Shown here piece after piece: positions 47,041 to 55,962 of a stretch of 64,000 nt of DNA. Position 1 is the stretch's first letter. The number at the start of each line of letters is the position of its first letter. The DNA lies in the NCBI GenBank assembly GCA_018659145.1, contig JABJNB010000018.1, positions 11,039 through 75,038 of the forward strand. Direction: 5' to 3'. Under the pieces are notes generated by a model. That model was not told the origin of the DNA and ran no database searches. It saw only the letters and a list, made by a program, of their open reading frames with translations. Source of the stretch: Rickettsiales bacterium (lineage in GTDB: Bacteria; Pseudomonadota; Alphaproteobacteria; Rickettsiales; JABIRX01). Made by a program: the position numbers and the translations under genes.

Positions 47041-49800
47041 ATGCCTGCAAAAAACCAAACAAAACAACGAGAAGCAAGGTCTTCTGGTTTAGCAGCAGAA
47101 GAGCCACAGGACCCATTATTGCTAGAAGAATATCAAGCTCTTGAAGAATTAGAAATATCTATTTCCAACGAGGGAGATGCTAAAAAACTTTATAAATTTG
47201 TAGAAAAATCTATAAGAGAAAACTCTGGTAAAAAAGTTGTTCTTAAACTTAAACTTAATTCAAACAAATCTCTTGCCAAACAAGATGAACAGCAGCGTAG
47301 GCTTGCTGAAAAGGTAAGAGAGGCAATCAAATTAGCAATTAAGCATGAAAAAATTGAAGTTATATGTTCATTGATAGCAACCAAATTAGAAAATCAAACA
47401 CGATATAGGGAAGGGATCCGCTTATTGCTAAAAACAATTAATCCAGATTATCAGATGGTCTGCATAGCAGCCAAGACAAACAACCCACAAATTACAGACT
47501 TTCTCTTACAAGAAGGGGTTAGTCAGACGGTTGTTAATGAAGCTCTTAAGCAGCAAAACATCAGAATGCTTAAATTTCTTTTAAACTCTGGGGCAAGTTT
47601 AGATGGTGGAGAGATATTGGAGGCTATTTTTTTAGGGGATATAAAAACTATAAATTTTCTTTTAGAGGAATCTCTTCTCTCACCTCGAGATCTATTCTCT
47701 GGCTTAGAGCAGGCCTTTTTCCGCCAGAAAGATAGGGTTAGAAAATTACTTGAAACCAAACTTAAGGAAAATAATTTTAAACTTCTAAAACAAGCCATGA
47801 GTCTACCTGTAAGGATTTATGATTTAGATAGCTGCTTGGAATCCTACGCAGAAGAATCTGCACAAGAGAATACAGAAATAATTGAATTTTTAAAACATTT
47901 TAAAACGTTATATTCAGATTTACTAGCTGCGGCAGAATCAGGAAATTGCCCCAAGATTATGGAGTTAGGAGGTCAAGGATTAAACTATAACTTAGTCTGC
48001 GATGATGACTTAAGTTTATTAGATAAATCCGTAATTCCAGGAAATATTGCAGCTATAGAATTGCTATTAACATTAGGCCTAAAACCTAGTTCTACTACAT
48101 TAGTTAAAGCGATTAGTTCTGGAGAAGCAGAAATTGTTCACTTAATTTTAGGGAGATTAGATGAATCTTTAAGCTCTGAGATATTATGTAAGGCTATTGA
48201 TTCTAAAAACCTAGATATCGTTGCAATGATTCTAAGTAAAGGAGTTGATACTAGCGGCTTTATAGATGTGTTGCTCCATGCCGCTAAATCTAAAAATTTA
48301 AGAATGGTTCAGCTTCTTAAAGAGAAAGGGCTAAAAATTAGAGAATGTAATTTTTCAGGTGGAACGTTAAATAAAGAAGTTATGCTAGGTAATATTGAGA
48401 TTGTTGATTACCTTCTAGAGAATGGAGCTAGTCCTAATAGAATGATAAGCTATAATTATACTGATGCAGATTATGGACTAAACTATGTTGCTAGATTAGG
48501 TCGGCTAGACCTTGTCCGACTACTTTTTAAATATAAGGCGAAGACTCACGCAAATACATTAAGCTGTGGGATTGAGTCAGGTAGAATAATACTTGTTAGG
48601 TTTTTGCTAGATAATATAACAGCTTCTCAATACCTTGGTAATTCATTTTTAGTAAATCAAGCGACTAGCATGGGTAATTATATGATGGTTGAATTGCTGA
48701 TAGAGCATGGTCTAAAGCCTGATATAGGTTCATTAAATAGTGCTATAAAATTAGGCAGAATAGATCTCGTTACGTTGTTTCTAAAGCATGATATACCACT
48801 TCAAACCAAGGATGCTTTCAATTCAATAAATATAGCCATTCAATATAAAAAACTAAATATGCTTAAGTTTCTCCTGAGAAATGGTGCCGAGCCTAATGAA
48901 TATACTTTAAATGAAGTTGTTAGATCAGAAAATATAGAAATAGCAGGCTTAGTTAGAGAGCTTGATGTTCAAGCTAATAATAGCGAGGTAGATGACGTTA
49001 CAGCATTCAGAGGTATGGCGTCTAATACTCTAAATATAGCGATTAGATTAGGAAATCATGTAATGCAAATGATAGCTGTGGAAAAAGGAGCTAAGCCTAA
49101 TTCTCATACATTTAATGTAGTAGCTTCTATGGGGCGCTTAGATTTGGTAAAATATTATCGTAATATAGAAGGTTCAATTAATCATCAGACTCTGGACTAT
49201 GCTATTAAATCTGGCAATTCTGAAGTTATTTCTTATGTCATAAGCAATGGAGCCAAGCCCATCTGTAAAGCAACGCCTTCTTGGGATTCTTGGGACAACA
49301 CATTAAATAGAGCTATTTCCACAGGTAATTCCAGAATTATAGATTTGGTTTTATTAAGTGGGATTAGTACAGAGAATATAACTAATTCTGGCCTTAGTCC
49401 TCTTCAGCAAAATAAATTTCTAGAAAGACAGAGGTTTTTACTAGAAGAGAGAGATATTAGAGCATTAAATCTCTTAAGTAAGGAGGGTTTAGAAGGACAT
49501 CTAGCAGATAACCCAGTCAATGAAGTTAGAGAATGGCTGTCCGATACTAGAGAGAGTACTCAAAGAGAAGTTCTATCAGCAAGTTGGCCAGCAATCTCCA
49601 AACGAGCAGAATTATTAAGTATTGCTGCAGATCCTTCAGTTAGTGGTTTACGTCCTAATCTGGCTGCAGCAGATGAAACCTCACTACAAAGATTTCCTGA
49701 TAGCACAAAAACTACACAGGCAGAAGAAAGGGTAAGATCTCCTTTTTTGGGTCCCCCTGATAGAGCTTTTAAAGAATCAACTGGTCAATCTAGATTTTGA
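47041..49800 (+). CDS. Ankyrin-repeat protein (919 aa), candidate secreted effector
   Basis: Many ANK-like units (e.g. GNIEIVDYLLENGASPN, GNYMMVELLIEHGLKPD, GRIDLVTLFLKHDIP, LNMLKFLLRNGAEPN). Non-repeat acidic N-terminus and Pro/Ser/Arg-rich C-terminal tail. Confidence 0.85.
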   Translation: MPAKNQTKQREARSSGLAAEEPQDPLLLEEYQALEELEISISNEGDAKKLYKFVEKSIRENSGKKVVLKLKLNSNKSLAKQDEQQRRLAEKVREAIKLAIKHEKIEVICSLIATKLENQTRYREGIRLLLKTINPDYQMVCIAAKTNNPQITDFLLQEGVSQTVVNEALKQQNIRMLKFLLNSGASLDGGEILEAIFLGDIKTINFLLEESLLSPRDLFSGLEQAFFRQKDRVRKLLETKLKENNFKLLKQAMSLPVRIYDLDSCLESYAEESAQENTEIIEFLKHFKTLYSDLLAAAESGNCPKIMELGGQGLNYNLVCDDDLSLLDKSVIPGNIAAIELLLTLGLKPSSTTLVKAISSGEAEIVHLILGRLDESLSSEILCKAIDSKNLDIVAMILSKGVDTSGFIDVLLHAAKSKNLRMVQLLKEKGLKIRECNFSGGTLNKEVMLGNIEIVDYLLENGASPNRMISYNYTDADYGLNYVARLGRLDLVRLLFKYKAKTHANTLSCGIESGRIILVRFLLDNITASQYLGNSFLVNQATSMGNYMMVELLIEHGLKPDIGSLNSAIKLGRIDLVTLFLKHDIPLQTKDAFNSINIAIQYKKLNMLKFLLRNGAEPNEYTLNEVVRSENIEIAGLVRELDVQANNSEVDDVTAFRGMASNTLNIAIRLGNHVMQMIAVEKGAKPNSHTFNVVASMGRLDLVKYYRNIEGSINHQTLDYAIKSGNSEVISYVISNGAKPICKATPSWDSWDNTLNRAISTGNSRIIDLVLLSGISTENITNSGLSPLQQNKFLERQRFLLEERDIRALNLLSKEGLEGHLADNPVNEVREWLSDTRESTQREVLSASWPAISKRAELLSIAADPSVSGLRPNLAAADETSLQRFPDSTKTTQAEERVRSPFLGPPDRAFKESTGQSRF

Positions 49801-49914
49801 GCAGTTATTGAAATACGAGCTAGAAATTAGCATAATTACAATAATTTCGATAGACCAACTTTCTAATTAAATTTACGAGTTCAGCCTAGAAATGGCGCTC
49901 GCCCTGCCTCTATT

Positions 49915-50165
49915 CATTACTGCCTAGAGTTAAAAACTATTAATAAAAATCCTGCGCTTTTTTACAAATCTGACCAATATATAAAATTGCGTAGGGGCGG
50001 GGTCCTCCCGCCCTTGGTAGACCGATCTCGGTGTTTCTGGGCGGGAGGACCTCGCCCCTACGATTCTTTGTTGAAAAAAAATTAAATTCATTTTTCTTGT
50101 ACGCCTAACCCTTTTTATATAAGGCTTTTTATCGCATAATTCTGCTTTAACTCTAGGCAGTAATG
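49915..50165. mobile_element. Family A MITE-like element (251 bp) with perfect 20-bp terminal inverted repeats and a central 73-bp GC-rich palindrome
   Basis: TIR cattactgcctagagttaaa at 49915..49934, with its reverse complement at 50146..50165. Core cgtaggggcggggtcctcccgccc...gggcgggaggacctcgcccctacg at 49990..50062. Inverted copy at 22842..23080. Confidence 0.8.
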
Positions 50166-50174
50166 CGCCCCATC

Positions 50175-51107
50175 TTAGGAACCGCTTTTAAGATGGGAAT
50201 TGGTATAAGACTCTATATATCCCTTTAGATCTGATTCTTCATAACAAGCTAAGGCATCGCTCGCATTACTAATAATTTTTTCTAAATTATATTGTTTATC
50301 AAATGCATTCCCGTGAATTGGTTCACTTGGTACTAGGGCTTGCTCAATTCCTATTTTTATTTGTAACAAAAGTGTAAATAACACCATATTTGGATCAGCA
50401 TTTGGCACAGCTACTCTATATTCTATATGTCTATTATCTGGATCATAAACAGAATCTGGAATTCTAATCGCAACAGTTCGATTATTTTTGCCCCAGCAAA
50501 TATGAGTTGGCGCATAACTGCTACTGCAAACATATCTTTTTTTGCTGGTATCAATGTTTATATTTGGCTTATATCGAGAGAAGTCTGACTCTTCTTCATT
50601 CATAAATATTAATCCCGCATTTATATATTCTAATAAGCCAGCTACAGAATACAGTAAAAGTTTTGACTCTCTCCCCTCTTCTTTGCAATATACGTTATTT
50701 AAGTCATTGTTATATAAAGAAATATGTATGTGCATACCATTACCATGAAAGTCATCTCCAAAAGGCTTTCCGGTAAAATTTAGCTCTAATTTATATGTTT
50801 TGGCTAAATCCATCATTATGGTTTTTAGCATCAAATAATGTTTAACCAATTGAGGAATATCAAAGCTATGTTTCATAGCTATCTCAAATTGATTATTAGA
50901 AGCCTCGATGGCAATATCATGGATCTTTATACCACGATTATGAGCAAAGTTAGCAATATCATCGAGGAACTCTTTATTATCAATATCCTTAACATAAAAT
51001 TCAAATTCTATAGAACAGCAAGGTTTTAGCTTTAGCTGATTATTATAGATATCTAATAAATTATTTAATAAGTTTATGCTATTAACGCCAGGCAGACTCA
51101 TATTCAT
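50175..51107 (-). CDS. Glutamine-synthetase-family protein, catalytic domain only
   Basis: CSIEFEFYV and GNGMHIHISL motifs of Gln-synt_C. At 310 aa there is no room for the N-terminal beta-grasp domain. Confidence 0.65.
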   Translation of the reverse strand: MNMSLPGVNSINLLNNLLDIYNNQLKLKPCCSIEFEFYVKDIDNKEFLDDIANFAHNRGIKIHDIAIEASNNQFEIAMKHSFDIPQLVKHYLMLKTIMMDLAKTYKLELNFTGKPFGDDFHGNGMHIHISLYNNDLNNVYCKEEGRESKLLLYSVAGLLEYINAGLIFMNEEESDFSRYKPNINIDTSKKRYVCSSSYAPTHICWGKNNRTVAIRIPDSVYDPDNRHIEYRVAVPNADPNMVLFTLLLQIKIGIEQALVPSEPIHGNAFDKQYNLEKIISNASDALACYEESDLKGYIESYTNSHLKSGS

Positions 51108-51205
51108 TTTGTAAAAATGCTAAAGTTATTTAGCAGAAGCAATTATACTGAATCCTATCTGCAAATTATGATTTATAGATAGGATGGGTATAATAAGTCT
51201 ATTGA

Positions 51206-51523
51206 TTAAGCAAAGCTAGAAATCCACTCATCTAATGCTGCTTTAGGTATTGCCCCAACTTTTGAATCAACATTTTTACCATCTTTAAATAAGATAAGAT
51301 TTGGAATACCGCGCACTCCATATTTTGTTGGTACTTCTGGTGAATCATCAATGTTAAATTTTACAAACTTAACTTTACCTTTATACTTTTCAGCTAGTGC
51401 TTCAAAAATAGGACCTAATATTTTACATGGTCCGCACCATTCTGCCCAGAAGTCAACCACTACAGGTATATTGGAGTTTATAACGTCCTCTTCAAAGCTT
51501 TTATCGTTTGAATATGTAATCAT
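51206..51523 (-). CDS. trxA: Thioredoxin
   Basis: WAEWCGPCK active site. 105 aa. 4-nt overlap with the upstream REC gene. Confidence 0.9.
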   Translation of the reverse strand: MITYSNDKSFEEDVINSNIPVVVDFWAEWCGPCKILGPIFEALAEKYKGKVKFVKFNIDDSPEVPTKYGVRGIPNLILFKDGKNVDSKVGAIPKAALDEWISSFA

Positions 51524-52551
51524 GCGCTTAATTTTAAATGTTTAACTAAATAATTAGGAAGGCTCAGTAAGTGATGAGTCTTCCCCTCTTTTTCGATTAT
51601 GGAAAACTTACCATTATGCAATTGCAACATAAGTTCTAAATCCTCTGATACAACCGGAAGAGATGTATATGAGGACACAGATATAATTAAATTTTCTTGG
51701 TAATCAAGAAAAATATTTACAGTGATTTCTCTAGCGCTTGCACTTATTTGCTGAGATAGATAGGCAACCAAGTTACTCTTCAGTGATACAAGATTACCTT
51801 GCAGTGTAGGTAAATCTGGCAATAGAGTAAATTCAATAGGAAAGTCTTTGAAAATATCTTTTAATTCTTCTGACAACAGATTTAAATCTATATTATCTTT
51901 GAGGTTATTAACTTCATTCTTAATATTATCTCCACATAATGCTTTAGAGATCTGCACATTAAGTTTTAATGATGCGATATATATCTTGGTTGCTAGCTCG
52001 ACATATTTAGGTTCGATAAATGCCCCAAAAGATTCTTTCTTAAGCGTAGCAGAATATTTTATAATAGCTTCTAGAGGCTCGTGAACTTCTTTTGGTAACA
52101 AATGTGAGACCTGATCACAGAATTGATTTAATTTATTTTCTGTAAATTCTTGGTTAGAATCAGATTTTGCTAGCTTAGAATTAATCATCGATAGCAATAC
52201 TTCGAAATCTATAGGCTTTAGAACATATTCATCAGCGCCAAGATCTATACCTTTGATAAAGTCATTTTTTTGACCAAGTGCTGTTAAAAATATAAAGGGT
52301 ATTGTATTTTGATTCTCAGGAAAATTTGCCTTTAATTTTGCCAGAAATTCATGCCCATTCATTTTAGGCATATTGACATCGCATAGGATTATATCCGGCT
52401 TTTCAGAAATATATTTATTATATGCTTCTTCACCATTTGCAGCTTCAATTATCTCAAAGCCTTTTTGCTTTAAGTAGAAAGCGATGTTTTCTCTTAAATC
52501 TTTTTCATCCTCTACGCATAAAATCTTTTTTACAATTTTCTGATTTTGCAT
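51520..52551 (-). CDS. Response-regulator receiver fused to a histidine-kinase-like DHp plus degenerate catalytic domain (pseudo-kinase/phosphotransferase-like)
   Basis: REC: ILCVEDEKDL...PDIILCDVNMPKMNG...LKPIDFE. C-terminal half has an H-box-like VSHLLPKEVHEPLEAII, but no G1/G2 glycine boxes are visible. Confidence 0.75.
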   Translation of the reverse strand: MQNQKIVKKILCVEDEKDLRENIAFYLKQKGFEIIEAANGEEAYNKYISEKPDIILCDVNMPKMNGHEFLAKLKANFPENQNTIPFIFLTALGQKNDFIKGIDLGADEYVLKPIDFEVLLSMINSKLAKSDSNQEFTENKLNQFCDQVSHLLPKEVHEPLEAIIKYSATLKKESFGAFIEPKYVELATKIYIASLKLNVQISKALCGDNIKNEVNNLKDNIDLNLLSEELKDIFKDFPIEFTLLPDLPTLQGNLVSLKSNLVAYLSQQISASAREITVNIFLDYQENLIISVSSYTSLPVVSEDLELMLQLHNGKFSIIEKEGKTHHLLSLPNYLVKHLKLSA

Positions 52552-52572
52552 TTAATCCTCTTAAGTTATGCC

Positions 52573-53472
52573 TTATTCAATCGGTAAGATAATAATAAAT
52601 TTTGTTCCTTTATTTAACTTGGACTCCACCTTAATATCACCGTGATGTAAGTCTATAAATTTCTTAACTAAGTACAGCCCTATACCAGTTCCTGCAATTC
52701 CGATAGAGTTTTTTGCTCTAAAAAACTTTGTAAACAAACGTTTCACATCTTTCGCATCTATACCAATACCATTATCTGCAATCGTAATGACATACTTATC
52801 AGATTCTTTTTTAACCATTATTTTTAGCTTGGCCTCTTCTCCCGAATATTTTAATGCATTACCAATTAAATTGTTAAATATTTGCTCTACTAAACCTTTA
52901 TCTCCATTGTAATAATCGTGAGTAATATCAATCTTTGTTATAATTTGCGCCTCTTTATGCAGGTCCTGGAATTTTTCGATTGTCTCAGATAAAACTGTTT
53001 TAATAGAAAACAAAGAAGGTGTAAATTGCAATTGTCCTGTTTCTAACTTGGATAGATTCAAAGTGCTATCGATAAGTGACGTCATCCTAATGATAGCCTT
53101 GTCGACTTTTTCTAATTGCTTGGTGATAAACTCTGCATCCGAGAGGTTCTCTGAATATAACTTTAAAATATCAGATGAAGCCTTGATAATTGAAAGGGGT
53201 GTTTTGAATTCGTGTGATACCAGTGAGACAAATTCTGATTGCAGATTATTTATATTTTTCTCATTATCCAATGCACGAGTTAGTCGGTTGGATTTCTCTT
53301 TCAGGCTATTATTATTTTCATACAAATCATGTATAACCTTGCTCCTCTCTAGGGACAAGACTAGGTTAGCTGATAAGTTATCCAGCGTAAAGTTATCAGA
53401 TAAGTTCCTATCAGAAGATTCGATATATTGAGTTTCGGCCTGCTCTTTTTGTTTTTTTATAGTTTCTGACAA
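52573..53472 (-). CDS. Soluble histidine kinase (coiled coil + HisKA + HATPase_c), no TM or sensor domain
   Basis: H-box SHEFKTPLSII, N-box NLIGNALKYS, G-boxes DNGIGI and GTGIGL. Confidence 0.85.
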   Translation of the reverse strand: MSETIKKQKEQAETQYIESSDRNLSDNFTLDNLSANLVLSLERSKVIHDLYENNNSLKEKSNRLTRALDNEKNINNLQSEFVSLVSHEFKTPLSIIKASSDILKLYSENLSDAEFITKQLEKVDKAIIRMTSLIDSTLNLSKLETGQLQFTPSLFSIKTVLSETIEKFQDLHKEAQIITKIDITHDYYNGDKGLVEQIFNNLIGNALKYSGEEAKLKIMVKKESDKYVITIADNGIGIDAKDVKRLFTKFFRAKNSIGIAGTGIGLYLVKKFIDLHHGDIKVESKLNKGTKFIIILPIE

Positions 53473-53559
53473 AGTTCAATTTAAAATAATCACTTAGTAT
53501 GGATTATATAAATAGATTTTTAATTATTACAAATTAATTTAGCCCCGCCCCTTATTTTT

Positions 53560-54429
53560 TTACTTTAAATCTGTAAGTACAAATATCTCTACCCTTCTAT
53601 TTACTCTATCAGCATATCCTTGTTCACTTTTATTATCCTGCTTTGTTTCTCCATAGGCATTTTCTTTAAGAATATTTTCTCTTTTTACACCTAGCTCAAT
53701 TAGTTTGTCTCGAGTCGACATAACACGCTTACGTGATAATGCTATATTATTATCAACCGCACCTAGTTTGTCGGTATGACCTTCAATTACGAGTTTATAT
53801 TTAGGTAACCTCTTTAGATAATATGCCAACTTATTAAGTTCTTTGATGGCTGTAATATCTAAGTTTGATTTACTCTGATCAAAATATATAGTATATAAAT
53901 TCTTCTCAGTTAATTTCTCAGCTTTAAGCTGTTCATCTCGAAGAATCTTTATCGACTTCTTTAACTGCCTATAGCCTTCGATAAATTCTTTGCGGAATCT
54001 AAGAGTTGTTTTTTCATTGGGATTTTCTTCTGTTTGCTCAACCCAACTATCATATAAAATTTGTAGACTCGCGGCTTCTAAGGCAAATTTAACTTTTATT
54101 TCATCAGTTTGTAATTTAGAAAACTCCAGGCGATAGAATAATAATTCATCTAAGTAATCAGCATCTTTAATATTGCGCTCTGTCGGATCTTCCAACCCCA
54201 CACTAATATTTCGTTTAGCTCTTAGGCCCTTTTTAGCAAAGTGATCTGAAGCTTGCCAATCATATTTTTTCTCTTCCCATATAGCTAGATTCCTATAACC
54301 AACCACTAAGGCGTCATGATAATTACTTTTTAGATCAGTAGATTGACTTTCTAAAAGCTCTCTATTCGTGCATGATGCCTGCAATATGATTATCAGAGAG
54401 ATAAAAGTCGTATAAAAGTTAAATTTCAT
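53560..54429 (-). CDS. OmpA-family lipoprotein
   Basis: Lipobox LQASC. C-terminal OmpA domain IEGHTDKLGAVDNNIALSRKRVMSTRDKLIELGV. Confidence 0.8.
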   Translation of the reverse strand: MKFNFYTTFISLIIILQASCTNRELLESQSTDLKSNYHDALVVGYRNLAIWEEKKYDWQASDHFAKKGLRAKRNISVGLEDPTERNIKDADYLDELLFYRLEFSKLQTDEIKVKFALEAASLQILYDSWVEQTEENPNEKTTLRFRKEFIEGYRQLKKSIKILRDEQLKAEKLTEKNLYTIYFDQSKSNLDITAIKELNKLAYYLKRLPKYKLVIEGHTDKLGAVDNNIALSRKRVMSTRDKLIELGVKRENILKENAYGETKQDNKSEQGYADRVNRRVEIFVLTDLK

Positions 54430-54486
54430 GGCAATTAAATTCTTTTAAAATATAGGTTAACTTAAGTTATTATAATTTAAGATCCC

Positions 54487-55098
54487 GTGAATTTAGCATC
54501 ATATACACAAAAAGGCAAAGTAATTATTGGGATTGATGAGGCTGGAAGAGGTCCATGGGCAGGACCGGTTGTGGCTAGTTCATTATTATTTAAATCTCCA
54601 GATGTAAGTCGTGATTATTATTTGCAGATTAGAGATTCAAAAAAACTCTCGGAAAAAAAACGTGAGGAACTTTATTACGCTATCATTGATGATCCAAATA
54701 TTGAGTATCATTATAGCTTTGTAGCAAATGATATTATCGATGAGATAAACATCCTTCAGGCAACTAAGCAAGCGATGTTAAATAGTCTAAATAAGCATAA
54801 AGAAAAACATGATTTAGTACTGATAGACGGCAATCAATTGATAAATTATACAAAAGCACCAATGGAGGCAGTAATTGGCGGCGATGATAAGGTTCTCTCT
54901 ATAGCAGCCGCATCAATCATAGCCAAATATATGCGCGATGAGTATATGAGGGAGATTGACCAAGAATATCCACAATATGGTTTCGCCAAGCATAAAGGTT
55001 ACGGCACTAAACTTCACCAAGAAGCATTAAAACAATATGGCCCCTGTGAATATCACAGAATGAGCTTCAAACCAGTCAAAGCTGTGATGGGAATTTAG
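54487..55098 (+). CDS. rnhB: Ribonuclease HII
   Basis: GIDEAGRGPWAGPVVA and DSKKLS motifs. GTG start. Confidence 0.9.
   Translation: MNLASYTQKGKVIIGIDEAGRGPWAGPVVASSLLFKSPDVSRDYYLQIRDSKKLSEKKREELYYAIIDDPNIEYHYSFVANDIIDEINILQATKQAMLNSLNKHKEKHDLVLIDGNQLINYTKAPMEAVIGGDDKVLSIAAASIIAKYMRDEYMREIDQEYPQYGFAKHKGYGTKLHQEALKQYGPCEYHRMSFKPVKAVMGI
55035..55079 (+). repeat. Direct repeat copy 1 (functional 3' end of rnhB)
   Basis: 45 nt, 43/45 identical to 55735..55779, exactly 700 bp apart. Confidence 0.85.
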
Positions 55099-55125
55099 TT
55101 TTTCCATATTAGGATTACTACTGCA

Positions 55126-55629
55126 TCACAAATCGACATGCTGAATACATTCTAAACTATCCCTTAAATCTAAATATTCTTGCCAAGTAGTATCAGGACT
55201 TTGCTTTTTATGGAAGCTACTACTCTCTTGTGTAATCACATTATTACGCCCTTCTGACTTCCATTCTCTTGCACCTAATAGGGAGCTTGCTTCACTATCA
55301 AAATGGGGGTATAAATTATCTGTATAAACATCATTCTCGCGCAGAATCTTATTTTCTTCTAAGAAGGCCTTTCCTTTGGATGCCATTTCTGTTTTTATAT
55401 CTGAATATACAGGATAACTTAATGAGGATGATATCAATACAGAGATCACGGGAGCTAATAATGTGCCAACACCAAGTGATAGTAGTGACATCACTATTAA
55501 AGTTTGTAATAGTGTAAATAAGGTAATAGTTAAGATTATTGGCACCGCCTCTCTCTGGTAACGGTATCTTCTATATAACTTTTCATCCTCTTTTGTCTGA
55601 CGTACTTTCTCTTTAATATGCTTTTTCAT
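55126..55629 (-). CDS. Hypothetical membrane protein (167 aa) with bilobed hydrophobic domain (Inc-like)
   Basis: Basic N-terminus, then a hydrophobic stretch of about 45 aa (VPIILTITLFTLLQTLIVMSLLSLGVGTLLAPVISVLISSSL), then a hydrophilic C-terminal half. Lies inside the 700-bp insertion. Confidence 0.55.
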   Translation of the reverse strand: MKKHIKEKVRQTKEDEKLYRRYRYQREAVPIILTITLFTLLQTLIVMSLLSLGVGTLLAPVISVLISSSLSYPVYSDIKTEMASKGKAFLEENKILRENDVYTDNLYPHFDSEASSLLGAREWKSEGRNNVITQESSSFHKKQSPDTTWQEYLDLRDSLECIQHVDL

Positions 55630-55734
55630 ATCATTCTAAACTCTCTCATTTTCTAAAACTGAGCGCACTATAGAAGTGAAAAATTATAGTTCAAGAAAAA
55701 TTGAATTATAATTTAAAGAATCTAGCTTTGATGC

Positions 55735-55779
55735 ATATGGCCCCTATGAATATCACAGAATGAGCTTTAAACCAGTCAA
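55735..55779 (+). repeat. Direct repeat copy 2 (displaced rnhB 3' end remnant)
   Basis: atatggcccctatgaatatcacagaatgagctttaaaccagtcaa. It would encode ...YGPYEYHRMSFKPVKV followed by a stop. Confidence 0.85.
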
Positions 55780-55789
55780 GGTATAATTT

Positions 55790-55862
55790 CGTATGGGCTG
55801 GATCCTCCCGCCCATGACAGACCGAACTCGATGCTTCCGGGCACAAGGACCCCGCCCCTACG
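55790..55862. repeat. Family A 73-bp GC-rich palindromic core (solo copy)
   Basis: cgtatgggctggatcctcccgcccatgacagaccgaactcgatgcttccgggcacaaggaccccgcccctacg. Same orientation as 49990..50062. Confidence 0.75.
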
Positions 55863-55962
55863 TTATGTTATATTTGCCCTAATGCCAATTGATGGGATTG
55901 TTGATAATATACGCTTGAATTATTCATCAAATTAATCTGTTGAGTAATCTCATACCCAGCCC

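Noticed and set aside
51130-51175. Hairpin atcctatct-N16-agataggat downstream of trxA as a terminator
   Set aside because: The 16-nt loop and the lack of a T-run make a terminator call unreliable.
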